Shown: positions 9,033 to 19,735, numbered from the stretch's first letter. The stretch: DNA of 64,000 bases from Clostridia bacterium (GCA_036307105.1 JAXJYD010000006.1:18050-82049), one strand, 5' to 3'. Numbers and translations are program-made. The notes: generated from the letters alone by a model not told the origin.

Positions 9033-12000
9033 TTGTTTGTGGGTTTAAGAATTATATATGGAAAACCAGGAAGTGGAAAAAGTGAATATTGCTTTAATGA
9101 GATATCTAAATTTGTAAACAAAGAAAATAAGATATATATAATTACACCAGAACAATTTTCTTTTACAGCAGAAAAGAAGCTTATGGACAGTTTAAGTTCA
9201 AATGCGGTAATGAATGCCGAAGTAATTACGTTAAGTAGAATGGCATACAGAGTTATATCAGAAGTTGGAGGAAATAAAAATAATCTTTCAAAATGTGGTA
9301 AAGCAATGCTTGTTTATTCTATACTTAATAAATATAAACAAGACTTAAAATTCTTAGGAAAATCAGATGAAAATATAGATTTAAGCATAACAGCTATTAC
9401 AGAATTTAAAAAACATGGAGTAACTATTGATAATTTAAAAGAAGAAATAAATAATACAGATGATACATATTTAAAAACAAAATTATCAGATATGAGTCTT
9501 GTATATGAAAAATTTGAAGAAAAATTATTAAATAATTATATAGATGAAACTGATCTTTTAAGCATACTTGTAAATTCTTTACAGGAAACAGATTTGGTAA
9601 AGGACAGTATTATTTATATAGATGAATTTGCAGGATTCACATATCAAGAATATGAAGTAATAAAAGAACTAATAAGACAAGCAAAACAAGTTAATATAAC
9701 AATTTGTATTGATGATTTTAATTTAAATACAAATCCAGATAGAGATATTTATTATTCAAATAAAATAACTCTATCAAAATTGTTAAATTTAGTAGATGAA
9801 AATGAATTTAAATTAGAAGAACCTATAGCATTAGAGAAACAATTTAGATTTAAAACAGAAGAATTAAAACATTTAAGTGAAAATATCTATAATATAAAAT
9901 CCACAAAATATGAAAAAAAAGTGGAAAATGTCGAGTTATTTTTAGCCAAAAATGAATATTCAGAAGTAGAAGAAGTGGCAAAAAAAATAAGTAAACTTAT
10001 TAAAAGAGAAAAATTGAGATATAGAGATATTTCAATTATCACAAAAAACATAGAAAATTATTCCTCACTAATTAGAGCGATTTTTAATAAATACGAAATA
10101 CCTGTATTTATAGATGAAAAAAGAGATTTAAATCAAAATGTTATTGTTCAGTATGTTTTATCTGTATTAGAAGTTTTAAATAGAAATTTTTCTCTAGATG
10201 CTGTATTTAGTTATATTAAATTAGGATTTTTAGGGTTAGAAGATGATGAAATTTTCAAACTAGAAAATTACTGTACAAAATGGGAAATAAAACAAAGTAA
10301 GTGGAAAAAAGACTTTACATATGAATTTGATGATGAAAATAAAAAACAAGAAATTGAAAGATTAAATGAATTAAGAAGACAAATAATTGAACCATTATTA
10401 AATTTACAAGAAAAGATAAGAAAAGAAAAAACAGCTGAGAATATAACTAAAGAAATATATTCATTTATACAAGAACAAGATATAGAAGAAAAGATAACAA
10501 AGAAAATAGAAGAATTAGAAGAAAATAATTTAATAGATTTAGTTAGTGAATATAAAACAAGTTATAAAACAATACTTGATATATTGGATGAAATTATAGT
10601 AATATTTAATAAAGAAAAAATGACATTAGATGAATATAGTAGGATATTAAAAATAGGATTAAAAAATAGTGGCCTTGGAAAAATTCCGGGGACACAAGAT
10701 CAAGTTATATTTGGAGATGCAGATAGATCAAGAAGCCATAAAGTAAATACTGTATTTATAATTGGACTAAATGATGGAGTTTTTCCATCTGTAAATAAAG
10801 ATGAAGGATTTTTTAATGACCTAGATAGAGAAAAATTAAAACAAGATGGAATTGAACTAGCAAAAGGAACTATAGATAGACTTTATGAAGATAACTTCAA
10901 TATTTATAAAGCATTTACAACTGCAGAAAATAGAATATATTTATCATATTTATCATCAGATAGTGAAGGAAAATCTCTAAGACCATCAACACTTATTGGA
11001 AAAATTAAAAAGATGTTCCCAAAATTGGAAGAAAAAAGTGATGTAATTACTAAAAAGTACGAGATTGTAAACAAAATAATTACATATGAGGAATTAATAG
11101 AAAATATAGCTAAATTAAAAAATGAAGAACAAATTGAAGAAGTTTGGTATGATATTTACAATTATTATAAATCACAAAATGACTGGAATAAAAAACTTGA
11201 AGAAGATTTAAATGGATTATCTTATACAAATTTACCAGATAAAATAAAAAAAGAAAATATTGATAAACTATATGGATACACATTAAACACAAGTATTTCA
11301 AGATTAGAAAAATATAGAAGCTGTCCATTTTCTTATTATTTACAATATGGATTAAAACTAAAAGAAAAAGAGCAACTAAAAATTAAAAGTTTTAATACTG
11401 GTTCTTTTATGCATGAAACTATAGATGAATTTTTTGAATTTGTAAAACAAGAAAATTTGAGTTTGTCGGAATTAGAAGAAGATGAAATCTTAAAAATAGT
11501 TTCAAAAATAATAGATGAAGACTTAAACTTGGAAAAAAACAAAATATTTACTACAACTGCAAAATATAAAGTTTTAGTTAGAAGACTTAAAAAAATAGTT
11601 AGTAAGGCATTAAAATATATCATTGAAACAATTATTTATAGTGATTTTAATATAGATGGGACAGAAATTGAATTTGGAAAAAAAGGAAAATACAAACCAA
11701 TTGTATTAGAATTAGATGGTGGCAAAAAAGTTGAGATAACAGGAAAAATAGATAGAATTGATACTGCAAACAATGAAGACGGTAAATACCTAAGAATTAT
11801 AGATTATAAGTCATCAGCTAAAAATATTGATTTAAATGAAGTTTATGCAGGTTTGCAAATTCAATTATTAACATATACAGATGCAATTTGTAAACAAGAA
11901 GATATTATGCCAGCAGGAATATTTTATTTCTCTTTACTAGAGCAAATGGTAAAAGCAGAAAAGAAAATTACAGATGAAGAAATAGAAGATATGATAAGAA

Positions 12001-12395
12001 AAAACTTCAAAATGAAGGGACTTATTATTGCAGATGTAAAGATTATAAAAATGAATGATAATACATTAAAATCTGGAAGTTCAAAATTAGTACCTGCAGC
12101 ATTAACAGCATCAGGAAGTATTAATGAAAAATGGACAAATGGAGTAAAATCAGAAGAATTTAAAATATTACAAGAGTATATTTGTAAAACGATAAAAGAT
12201 ATATCTAAAGAAATATTAAGTGGAAGTATTGATCTGAAACCATATTACAAAAAAGGAAAAACTCCATGTGAATATTGCGAATATAAAGCTATATGTGGAT
12301 TTAATCCTAGACAAAATAATAATTGTTATAATTATATAGACCAAAAATCAAAAGACGATATTTTGTTAAAAATGAAGGAAGAATTATTACATTGA
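9033..12395 (+). CDS. addB: ATP-dependent helicase/nuclease subunit B (AddB)
   Basis: 1120 aa; N-terminal Walker A GKPGSGKS; C-terminal PD-(D/E)XK nuclease with the Fe-S cysteines CPFSYY...CEYCEYKAIC; TTG start. Confidence 0.85.
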   Translation: MFVGLRIIYGKPGSGKSEYCFNEISKFVNKENKIYIITPEQFSFTAEKKLMDSLSSNAVMNAEVITLSRMAYRVISEVGGNKNNLSKCGKAMLVYSILNKYKQDLKFLGKSDENIDLSITAITEFKKHGVTIDNLKEEINNTDDTYLKTKLSDMSLVYEKFEEKLLNNYIDETDLLSILVNSLQETDLVKDSIIYIDEFAGFTYQEYEVIKELIRQAKQVNITICIDDFNLNTNPDRDIYYSNKITLSKLLNLVDENEFKLEEPIALEKQFRFKTEELKHLSENIYNIKSTKYEKKVENVELFLAKNEYSEVEEVAKKISKLIKREKLRYRDISIITKNIENYSSLIRAIFNKYEIPVFIDEKRDLNQNVIVQYVLSVLEVLNRNFSLDAVFSYIKLGFLGLEDDEIFKLENYCTKWEIKQSKWKKDFTYEFDDENKKQEIERLNELRRQIIEPLLNLQEKIRKEKTAENITKEIYSFIQEQDIEEKITKKIEELEENNLIDLVSEYKTSYKTILDILDEIIVIFNKEKMTLDEYSRILKIGLKNSGLGKIPGTQDQVIFGDADRSRSHKVNTVFIIGLNDGVFPSVNKDEGFFNDLDREKLKQDGIELAKGTIDRLYEDNFNIYKAFTTAENRIYLSYLSSDSEGKSLRPSTLIGKIKKMFPKLEEKSDVITKKYEIVNKIITYEELIENIAKLKNEEQIEEVWYDIYNYYKSQNDWNKKLEEDLNGLSYTNLPDKIKKENIDKLYGYTLNTSISRLEKYRSCPFSYYLQYGLKLKEKEQLKIKSFNTGSFMHETIDEFFEFVKQENLSLSELEEDEILKIVSKIIDEDLNLEKNKIFTTTAKYKVLVRRLKKIVSKALKYIIETIIYSDFNIDGTEIEFGKKGKYKPIVLELDGGKKVEITGKIDRIDTANNEDGKYLRIIDYKSSAKNIDLNEVYAGLQIQLLTYTDAICKQEDIMPAGIFYFSLLEQMVKAEKKITDEEIEDMIRKNFKMKGLIIADVKIIKMNDNTLKSGSSKLVPAALTASGSINEKWTNGVKSEEFKILQEYICKTIKDISKEILSGSIDLKPYYKKGKTPCEYCEYKAICGFNPRQNNNCYNYIDQKSKDDILLKMKEELLH

Positions 12396-12417
12396 TTATA
12401 TATATAAATTGTTTAAC

Positions 12418-12465
12418 ATATCTCGGCTCAATACATATATTAATAATTTCTAATAAAATTTATAT
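12418..12465 (+). repeat. Conserved 44-46-nt intergenic repeat, copy A
   Basis: atctcggctcaatacatatattaataatttctaataaaatttat matches 25684-25730 with 3-4 mismatches. Confidence 0.6.
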
Positions 12466-12500
12466 ATACAATCAATATATAAGATAAGAAGGAGAAGTTA

Positions 12501-13796
12501 ATGGTCACTGAAGATGAAGTAAAGAAAAGAAAAATGAGAAAAAGAAATATGAAGTTATTTCCATTCTACAAAAAATTGGCTTGGGATTACATATTTTTTT
12601 ATACAATAAACTTCTTATTTTTAACACAAGTAAAAGGTATAAATCCAGCAGATGTAGTGTTAATAGATTCATTTTATTATTTATTCTCATTTATTGCTCA
12701 AATGCCGGCAACATTTATAATAGATTTTTTAGGTAGAAAAAATTCCATTATATTTGCCAATATTATAAATTGTTTGTATATGGTATTAATAATGCTAAGT
12801 AAAAATTTATTTAATTTGGTTTTTGCGGAATTACTTAGCTCGTTAGCTTTTGCAATAAAAGGCAGTAGCGAGCCTGCATTACTAAACGAATCTATACCAC
12901 GAACGAAAAGAAAAAGTGAGATTTTCGCTAAGATAAATGAAAAAGGAATATCAAGCTACTATATAATAAATGGAATTTCAACTGTAATTGCAGGTTTACT
13001 TTATGAGGTGAATCCATATATACCAATACTGTTATCATTTTTAACATTAATAATAGTAACACTTATATCAAACTTTTTTATAGAACCAGTGAAGAAAAGT
13101 AAAAAAATAAAAATGAATTCAAGTCAAATTAAGGATATTAAAAATTCTTTTAGATTCATTTTAAAATCTGAAAGAATAAAAAGTTTGATATTGATGGCTG
13201 CACTTATGACAGGAATATTAAATATATTAACTACATATGAAATAAGTTTAGTAGAAGATTTAAATATGCCAGCAACTCATATGGGAATATTATTTGCGTT
13301 TTTAGGTGCTATTGCAACGTTGGGAACAAGAGAGCAAAATAATTTTCATAAGAAATTTAAGAATAAATCGTTAACAATTTTAGGATTAACAATAGTTGGT
13401 ACTTGTATTTTCTCAGGAATATCAGGCCTTATAGCTAAAGAATATAAAATAGCAATATTATTAATAATTATTTCATATTTAATAAAGCATACATGTGAAG
13501 GAACATATTATGCATTAATTGAAAAGTATTTAAGTAATTTTACAAACAAAGATATAGATACGAAAATATATACAGCTAATAACTGTATCAGAAGCATAGC
13601 TAGTGCTTTAATTGGAATATTTGCATCATTTTTATTAGATAGAATGGAAACAGCATATTGCATGATTGCAGTAGGTGTGATTTTTGGAATATTAATGATG
13701 TTAGTAAGTAGATATATGAAAACAAGAGTTGGATTAAAACCTGAAGAATATTCAAAAGAAGAGGTTAAGTATGATAAATTGAAGGAACTAATTTAG
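12501..13796 (+). CDS. MFS-type transporter (about 12 TM)
   Basis: 431 aa of alternating hydrophobic helices with a central basic loop; RBS aaggag upstream of the ATG. Confidence 0.6.
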   Translation: MVTEDEVKKRKMRKRNMKLFPFYKKLAWDYIFFYTINFLFLTQVKGINPADVVLIDSFYYLFSFIAQMPATFIIDFLGRKNSIIFANIINCLYMVLIMLSKNLFNLVFAELLSSLAFAIKGSSEPALLNESIPRTKRKSEIFAKINEKGISSYYIINGISTVIAGLLYEVNPYIPILLSFLTLIIVTLISNFFIEPVKKSKKIKMNSSQIKDIKNSFRFILKSERIKSLILMAALMTGILNILTTYEISLVEDLNMPATHMGILFAFLGAIATLGTREQNNFHKKFKNKSLTILGLTIVGTCIFSGISGLIAKEYKIAILLIIISYLIKHTCEGTYYALIEKYLSNFTNKDIDTKIYTANNCIRSIASALIGIFASFLLDRMETAYCMIAVGVIFGILMMLVSRYMKTRVGLKPEEYSKEEVKYDKLKELI

Positions 13797-13814
13797 AAAG
13801 GAATGATATTAAAT

Positions 13815-14654
13815 ATGGATTTATCAAATGAAAATATAATTCATGTTAAAACAAAAAATAATGAATATATTCAGTTTAAAAAGTTATTAGAATACAAAGA
13901 TATTTTAACACATGCTTATTCATTAGGAATAAATTTGAATTTTAGAACTTCAACAATAAAGAAAGAAAAATTGCCAGATGAAGAATATAATCATGCATTA
14001 AACAGTTATAAATTGTTATGTGACTCAATTGATTGTGATTATAAAAATTTAGTAAAAACAAATCAAGAGCACACAGATTGTGTAAAAATAGTAAATAGAA
14101 AAATAAAAGATGATAAACCAGACTTTAATTTAAAAGAGTATTTTTCTACAGATGGATTAATAACTGATAAAAAAGATTTAATCCTTTCAACTACAAACGC
14201 TGATTGTATTTTATTATTATTTTTTGATCCAGTAAAAAAGGTTGTAGCAAATACACATTCTGGATGGAAAGGAACACTTCAAAGAATATCTGTAAAAACA
14301 GTAGAAAAAATGGTAGAAGAATATAACTGTAATCCTAATGACATTATTTGCTGTATATGTCCAAGTATCAGAAAATGCCATTTTGAAGTTGGAAAAGATG
14401 TGAAAGATTTATTTGAGAAAGAATTCAAAGATTTAGAAAACTTAAATGATATTATCGAAGAAAAAGTACCAAATGATAAATGGAATATTGATACAGTTTT
14501 AATAAATCAAATACTACTAGAAAAAATTGGACTTAAAAAAGAAAATATTATAGATAGTGGTATTTGTAGTGTTTGTCATTCTGATATTATTCATTCATAC
14601 AGAGTTGAAAAAGAAGGATATGGATTAAATACTGCATTAATTGGATTAAAGTAG
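13815..14654 (+). CDS. pgeF: YfiH/PgeF family (DUF152) purine nucleoside phosphorylase / peptidoglycan editing factor
   Basis: Conserved ADC..L...HSGW+GT stretch (LSTTNADCILLLFFDPVKKVVANTHSGWKGT) and a C-terminal CxxC..H; start chosen at the second ATG for RBS spacing (the ORF track starts at 13803). Confidence 0.65.
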   Translation: MDLSNENIIHVKTKNNEYIQFKKLLEYKDILTHAYSLGINLNFRTSTIKKEKLPDEEYNHALNSYKLLCDSIDCDYKNLVKTNQEHTDCVKIVNRKIKDDKPDFNLKEYFSTDGLITDKKDLILSTTNADCILLLFFDPVKKVVANTHSGWKGTLQRISVKTVEKMVEEYNCNPNDIICCICPSIRKCHFEVGKDVKDLFEKEFKDLENLNDIIEEKVPNDKWNIDTVLINQILLEKIGLKKENIIDSGICSVCHSDIIHSYRVEKEGYGLNTALIGLK

Positions 14655-14787
14655 AATAATAATCATAAATAATTTGAATTTTTCAAAAATCTCGTTTGAG
14701 CTAATTTCTAACTCAATTACTCTGCATTTCGATTTTTTCAAAATTTCAATTGTTTATGATAACAGTAAATAGGAGGAAAAGGTCTAA

Positions 14788-15708
14788 ATGATAAAACCAA
14801 AAATATTAAAAAGAGGGGATATGATAGGAGTAATTGCGCCATCTGGTCCAATAGTCGATAAAAAAATAGAAGAATTAGAAAGAGCAAGAGAGATTGTAGA
14901 AAAAGATGGATTTAAAGTTAAATATTCAAAAAACCTTTTCTCAAATACAAATGGATATAGCGCAAGTGCAAAAGAAAAAGCAGAAGATATAAATGAAATG
15001 TTTAAAGATAAAGAAGTAAAAATGATATGGTGTGCAAAAGGTGGAGCAAGCAGTAATACAACATTTGAATATTTAGACTATGAATTAATAAAAAATAATC
15101 CTAAAATTATATGTGGATATAGTGATATAACATCACTTACCAATATTATTACTGAAAGGACAGGATTAGTTACATTTAGTGGAACTAATTTTAAAACAAT
15201 AGCAACAGACGAAACAGATTATAGTTATAAAGAAGCAATTAACAGATTTGTAGATAGAAGTTTAGAATTAGGAAAGCAAGGAGAAGAATATAAAACAATA
15301 CAAGAAGGAATAGCAGAAGGAAAACTAATTGGTGGAAATTTAAATTTGATAAGTGGATTGGTTTCAGGGAATTACAGTGTAAATTTTGAAGGTAAAATAT
15401 TATTTATAGAAGAATTAGGATTAGAAACAGATCCAGAAATAGCTAGTAATTTTTTATATTTTATGAAACAAAATGGAGTATTTGATAAAATAAAAGGATT
15501 ATGGATTGGAAATTATGAACATGTAAGTGGATTTGCATTAGAAAAGATTGTAATGGATGTTTTAGGAGATGAATATAAATTTCCAATTATAAAATCAAAT
15601 AATTTTGGACATACAGAAACAAAAACAGTTATACCAATTGGAACAAAAGCAAGAATAGATACCAATAATGTTTTTAAAATTGAATTAATAGAAAGTTGCG
15701 TAATATAG
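14788..15708 (+). CDS. LD-carboxypeptidase (S66 family, MccF-like)
   Basis: 306 aa, N-terminal GDMIGVIAPSGP; the overall S66 architecture with Ser/His/Glu positions is conserved. Confidence 0.7.
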   Translation: MIKPKILKRGDMIGVIAPSGPIVDKKIEELERAREIVEKDGFKVKYSKNLFSNTNGYSASAKEKAEDINEMFKDKEVKMIWCAKGGASSNTTFEYLDYELIKNNPKIICGYSDITSLTNIITERTGLVTFSGTNFKTIATDETDYSYKEAINRFVDRSLELGKQGEEYKTIQEGIAEGKLIGGNLNLISGLVSGNYSVNFEGKILFIEELGLETDPEIASNFLYFMKQNGVFDKIKGLWIGNYEHVSGFALEKIVMDVLGDEYKFPIIKSNNFGHTETKTVIPIGTKARIDTNNVFKIELIESCVI

Positions 15709-15729
15709 GAATAAAAGGAAGTAGAATTA

Positions 15730-16294
15730 ATGATTGAAACATGGGAAGAATTAGAAAAATCAATTGAAAATTGTAATAAATGTAAACTATATAAGACAAG
15801 ACAAAATATTGTGTTTGGAGTAGGAAATAAACAAGCAAAAATAATGTTTATAGGAGAAGGACCAGGAGCAGACGAGGATAGACTTCGGAGAACCATTTGT
15901 TGGCAAAGCTGGAAAATTAATGGATATGGCTTTTCAAATGCTTGGAATAAAAAGGAAAGAAGTTTATATTGCAAATATTGTTAAATGTAGACCACCAATG
16001 AATAGAAATCCTGAAGCAGATGAATGTCATGCATGTATGGACTATTTAAGAAATCAAGTCATGTTAGTAGAACCTGAAATAATTGTATTATTAGGAAGTG
16101 TTGCTTTAAAAAATATCTTAGGAAAAGAATATGGAATAACAGAGTCTAGAGGAAAATGGATAGAAAAAAAGGGAATAAAATATATGCCAACATGGCACCC
16201 AGCTGCACTGCTTAGAGATGAAATAAAAAAGATAGATTTTATTAAAGATTTACAACTTGTATTAGAAGAGGTGAAATATGAAAGCAATAAATGA
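15730..16294 (+). pseudogene. Uracil-DNA glycosylase family 4, frame broken by a single extra C at 15886 (in-frame CGG)
   Basis: Frame 1 reads GEGPGADEDRL then RRTICWQS...; the +1 frame from 15887 gives GEPFVGKAGKLMDMAFQMLGIKRKEVYIANIVKCRPP, the canonical UDG4 continuation; the context is CTT-C-GGA-GAA. Confidence 0.75.
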
Positions 16295-17561
16295 AATTAT
16301 AGATAAGGCAAATTATTGTTTAGGATGTAAAGCAAAGCCTTGTTCAACTAAAGGTTGTCCTTTAAATAATGATATACCTCAGTTTATAGAGTATATAAAA
16401 CAAAATAATTATTACGAAGCGTATAAAACTTTAAGTAGCACAACAGTTTTACCAGGAATATGTGGAAGAATATGTCCTCATATGAAACAATGTCAAGGTT
16501 CTTGTGTTAGAGGAATAAAAGGAAATCCAGTTTCAATTGGAGATTTAGAAGCATTTGTATATGATAAAGCTAAAGAAAAAGGATATACATTAAGAAAATG
16601 TTTTGAAGATATTAAAGAAAATGATAATAATATTTCAAATAAGAAAGTAGCTATAATTGGTGGAGGACCATGCGGTTTAACTGCTGCAGCATTTATAGCA
16701 AAAAAAGGAATAAAAGTTACTATATTTGAAAAATATGATTATTTGGGTGGACTTCTTATGTATGGAATTCCAGAATTTAGATTATCAAAAGATATTGTCA
16801 ATAAGACTATTAAGGATATTTTAGATTTAGGAATTGAAGTAGAATATAATAAAGAATTAGGAAAAAAATTAAGCCTAGGTGAATTAGAAAAAGAATATGA
16901 TGTTATATTTTTAAGCTTTGGGGGTAATGTTTCTACTAAAATGGGTGTAGAAGGTGAAGAATTAGAAGGCGTATATGGAGGAAATGAATTATTAGAATAT
17001 AATACTCATCCTGATTATAAAGGAAAAATAGTAGCCGTAGTTGGTGGCGGAAATGTTGCAATGGATTGTGCAAGAACTATAAAAAGGCTAGGTGCTAAAG
17101 AAGTTAAAGTTATTTATAGACGAGCAAGAGAGCAAATGCCAGCAGAGGATAAAGAAATAGAAGATGCAATTAATGAAGGAATTAGCTTTTTATATCAAAA
17201 TAATATTGTAAAGATATTAGGAACTAACAAAGTAGAAAAAATAGAATTAATAAAAACAGAATTAAAACAAAAAGATGGAGATTTAAGGTTATCTCCTGTA
17301 AATATTGAAAACAGCAATTATATTATAAATGTAGACTATATTATTATGGCATTAGGCTCAAAACCTGATAATTATGTAGCAAAATTAGGAGTTGAATTAG
17401 ATAAGTGGGGGAATATCAAAATTGATGAAAATTATAAAACATCAAAAGACAAAATATATGCTGGTGGTGATATAGCAGGAGTAAAAAAGACAGTTGCATG
17501 GGCTGCATATTCTGGAAGACAAGCAGCAAAAAGGATAATAGAAGATTTAAAACAAAATTAA
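16278..17561 (+). CDS. NAD(P)H-dependent oxidoreductase, glutamate synthase small-subunit (GltD/SudA) family
   Basis: N-terminal 4Fe-4S cysteines (CLGCKAKPC, CGRICPHMKQCQGSC) followed by two Rossmann GxGxxG folds (IIGGGPCGLTAA, VVGGGNVAMDCA). Confidence 0.75.
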   Translation: MKAINEIIDKANYCLGCKAKPCSTKGCPLNNDIPQFIEYIKQNNYYEAYKTLSSTTVLPGICGRICPHMKQCQGSCVRGIKGNPVSIGDLEAFVYDKAKEKGYTLRKCFEDIKENDNNISNKKVAIIGGGPCGLTAAAFIAKKGIKVTIFEKYDYLGGLLMYGIPEFRLSKDIVNKTIKDILDLGIEVEYNKELGKKLSLGELEKEYDVIFLSFGGNVSTKMGVEGEELEGVYGGNELLEYNTHPDYKGKIVAVVGGGNVAMDCARTIKRLGAKEVKVIYRRAREQMPAEDKEIEDAINEGISFLYQNNIVKILGTNKVEKIELIKTELKQKDGDLRLSPVNIENSNYIINVDYIIMALGSKPDNYVAKLGVELDKWGNIKIDENYKTSKDKIYAGGDIAGVKKTVAWAAYSGRQAAKRIIEDLKQN

Positions 17562-17583
17562 AATTAATATAAAAATAAAAAGC

Positions 17584-17620
17584 GAAAATTTTAATAAATT
17601 ATTTCGCCTTTTATTTTTAT
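17584..17620. terminator. Bidirectional terminator between convergent genes
   Basis: aaaagcgaaaat...atttcgccttttta hairpin with flanking T/A runs. Confidence 0.5.
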
Positions 17621-17621
17621 A

Positions 17622-18725
17622 TTAATTTTTTGTATAAACTTCTTCTTTACTAGAACCAAAAATTAGTTTTTTAATTGCTTTAAAAAGTGATAATAATTTA
17701 TTTTCTTTTTTAGTAACAACTTTTAAAGCTGTAATTACTTCACCATTTTCTAAAGCATTATACTTTTCTTCTAATTGTTCCATTTTGTTTGAATAATAAT
17801 TATTATAAAAATTATAACCATCAGTTACACCAAGATAATCTTTAAAAGAATAAAGTTTTCTTCTATAATTTTCCACTTCTTCAAGATTAGTAATTCTATC
17901 AAAAGCAGCATCAAAATAACTGGAAATAATTAAATTTTGTGTTCTCATAAACGTTAAAGTAATTTCATTTTTTAGTTCATCAATTTTTTGTAGCATTCCG
18001 TCCACACGTTTATTTCTGTCATCAATATTTAAAATTTTATTATTCAACTTTATAATATTTTCTTCCATTTCAAGGATTTCATCAATTGCATTTTGAATAG
18101 CTAAAAAAGCTTTTTCAGATGTTAATTCAGCAAATTTAAATTTAAAATCATCATTGCTGTTTAATGTACTCTCAAATAATACATTTTCTCCTGTAATATA
18201 AGCCATCTGATTAACTAGGCAACATTCTAATGGATAATATGATGGACTTATTGTTTCAAAATTAATTCCAAAATATTTTACAAATTCTTTTTGTATTTTA
18301 TTTATTTTAGAAGTCATTATTTGTACTGCTGCTTCATTTAATCCTAATCCATATATTTTAAATTCAGTGTAATCACAAAGTCCCATTCTAAGAAGAGAAT
18401 TTTTTTTATCTTTTTTTTCTTGAATGTAATGAATACATTCATGAATTGCAAATTCTTCTAAATCTTCATCAGCAATATGTGAATTAAAATAAATAGATGT
18501 GTTTTTATAAAAATAGTTTGCTTCTGCCATTCCTTCAGGCATATTTGCCTTATACATACCTAATCTAGATAATTTGATAAATAGATCATTTTTATTTAAA
18601 TTAAATTCTGGAAATGTATCACATATTTTATTAGATATATTTCTAGCAATTGTATTTATTTTTAGTGTATTTAATTTTTCTGTAACTTCTATTCCGTCCT
18701 TTTTTAAATCTGATTTAATACTCAT
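17622..18725 (-). CDS. Putative zinc metallopeptidase (HEXXH; ImmA/IrrE / DUF955-like N-terminal domain) with a C-terminal coiled-coil
   Basis: FAIHECIHYIQ zincin motif; the C-terminal half is heptad-rich. Confidence 0.4.
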   Translation of the reverse strand: MSIKSDLKKDGIEVTEKLNTLKINTIARNISNKICDTFPEFNLNKNDLFIKLSRLGMYKANMPEGMAEANYFYKNTSIYFNSHIADEDLEEFAIHECIHYIQEKKDKKNSLLRMGLCDYTEFKIYGLGLNEAAVQIMTSKINKIQKEFVKYFGINFETISPSYYPLECCLVNQMAYITGENVLFESTLNSNDDFKFKFAELTSEKAFLAIQNAIDEILEMEENIIKLNNKILNIDDRNKRVDGMLQKIDELKNEITLTFMRTQNLIISSYFDAAFDRITNLEEVENYRRKLYSFKDYLGVTDGYNFYNNYYSNKMEQLEEKYNALENGEVITALKVVTKKENKLLSLFKAIKKLIFGSSKEEVYTKN

Positions 18726-18972
18726 TTAAGATTCTCCTTAGTATAACATTTACTCTATTATACTATAAATATGTAGAATAAGTATTTCAAAAGTATTAAA
18801 TATTTATTACATTTTAGTTACATAATCACTATTTTTTGCTGATTATTTCAATTCTATTACAACGAATTTGTCGAAAAAAGTCGATGAGTTTTTCTTGACA
18901 TATAGAATTCAGCAATGTATAATTTGTATACTATTAATAGTAAAAATAAAAAGAGGAAGGAGGAAAAATTTA

Positions 18973-19695
18973 ATGAATAAAACAGATAGTAATGAAATTT
19001 TATCTGCAATAAATAATCTTTTATTAAATCAATTCAATAATTTTGAAAGAAAAATAAATAAAAGGTTTGACAAAATAGAAGAAGAAATAAAAGTAATACC
19101 ACAAATGCAAAAAGATATAAAAGAAATACAAGAGAAAATTAAAGTTATCCCAGAAATGCAAGAACAAATAAAAGAAATACAAAAGCAAATAAGTGTTATT
19201 CCTGAAATGCAGAAACAAATAAAAGCTATACCTGGAATGCAAAGCAATATTGAAAGTATGCAAAGCAATATTGAAAGTATGCAAAGCAACATTGAAAGTA
19301 TGCAAAGCAATATTGAAGGTATGCAAAGCAATATTGAAAGTATGCAAAGCAATATTGAAAGTATGCAAAGCAACATTGAAAGTATGCAAAGCAATATTGA
19401 AGGTATGCAAAGCAATATTGATAAAATGCAAAATAACATTGAAATAATGCAGGAAGATATTAAAAAATTACAGGATAAGTATGAAGAACTATACACAGAA
19501 ACAAGAAATATTAGTAGAGCTGTAGCAAGAATTGAAGTAGAACACGGAGAAAAAATAGCTATATTATTGGATGCTGTAACTGGAAATATTGAAAAACAAG
19601 AAAAGTTAGAAAACAGGCTTGATAAATGTGAAAGTAGAATAGAGAATAATGAACATCAAATTTATTTTTTAAATTCAAAAATTCAAAATCTATAG
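18973..19695 (+). CDS. Coiled-coil protein containing a 7-aa (21-nt) tandem repeat MQSNIE[S/G]
   Basis: Start placed at the ATG after the RBS aagaggaaggagg (the ORF track begins further upstream with no RBS); IPxMQ heptads degrade into about 10 near-perfect MQSNIES units. Confidence 0.55.
   Translation: MNKTDSNEILSAINNLLLNQFNNFERKINKRFDKIEEEIKVIPQMQKDIKEIQEKIKVIPEMQEQIKEIQKQISVIPEMQKQIKAIPGMQSNIESMQSNIESMQSNIESMQSNIEGMQSNIESMQSNIESMQSNIESMQSNIEGMQSNIDKMQNNIEIMQEDIKKLQDKYEELYTETRNISRAVARIEVEHGEKIAILLDAVTGNIEKQEKLENRLDKCESRIENNEHQIYFLNSKIQNL
19237..19446 (+). repeat. Near-perfect 21-nt tandem repeat (atgcaaagcaatattgaaagt, about 10 units) inside the CDS
   Basis: Directly visible; units differ only at wobble positions and by agt/ggt; it generates the spurious minus-strand ORFs 19024-19496. 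Confidence 0.9.
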
Positions 19696-19735
19696 AGCCT
19701 ATTAGTTATAATTTATAAATTAATAGGCTTTTTAA
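19692..19735 (+). terminator. Rho-independent terminator
   Basis: agcctattagttataatttataaattaataggct followed by ttttt. Confidence 0.65.

Noticed and set aside
19237-19446. Possible CRISPR array (regular short repeats)
   Set aside because: The units are contiguous with no spacers, are in frame, and encode a heptad repeat inside an ORF. There are no cas genes nearby.
19024-19496. Two long minus-strand ORFs (135 and 155 aa) and a short plus-strand ORF (19250-19447) made of repeated peptide units
   Set aside because: They are reading-frame echoes of the 21-nt tandem repeat inside the plus-strand coiled-coil gene. They have no RBS and are pure low-complexity, so they are artefacts of the repeat.
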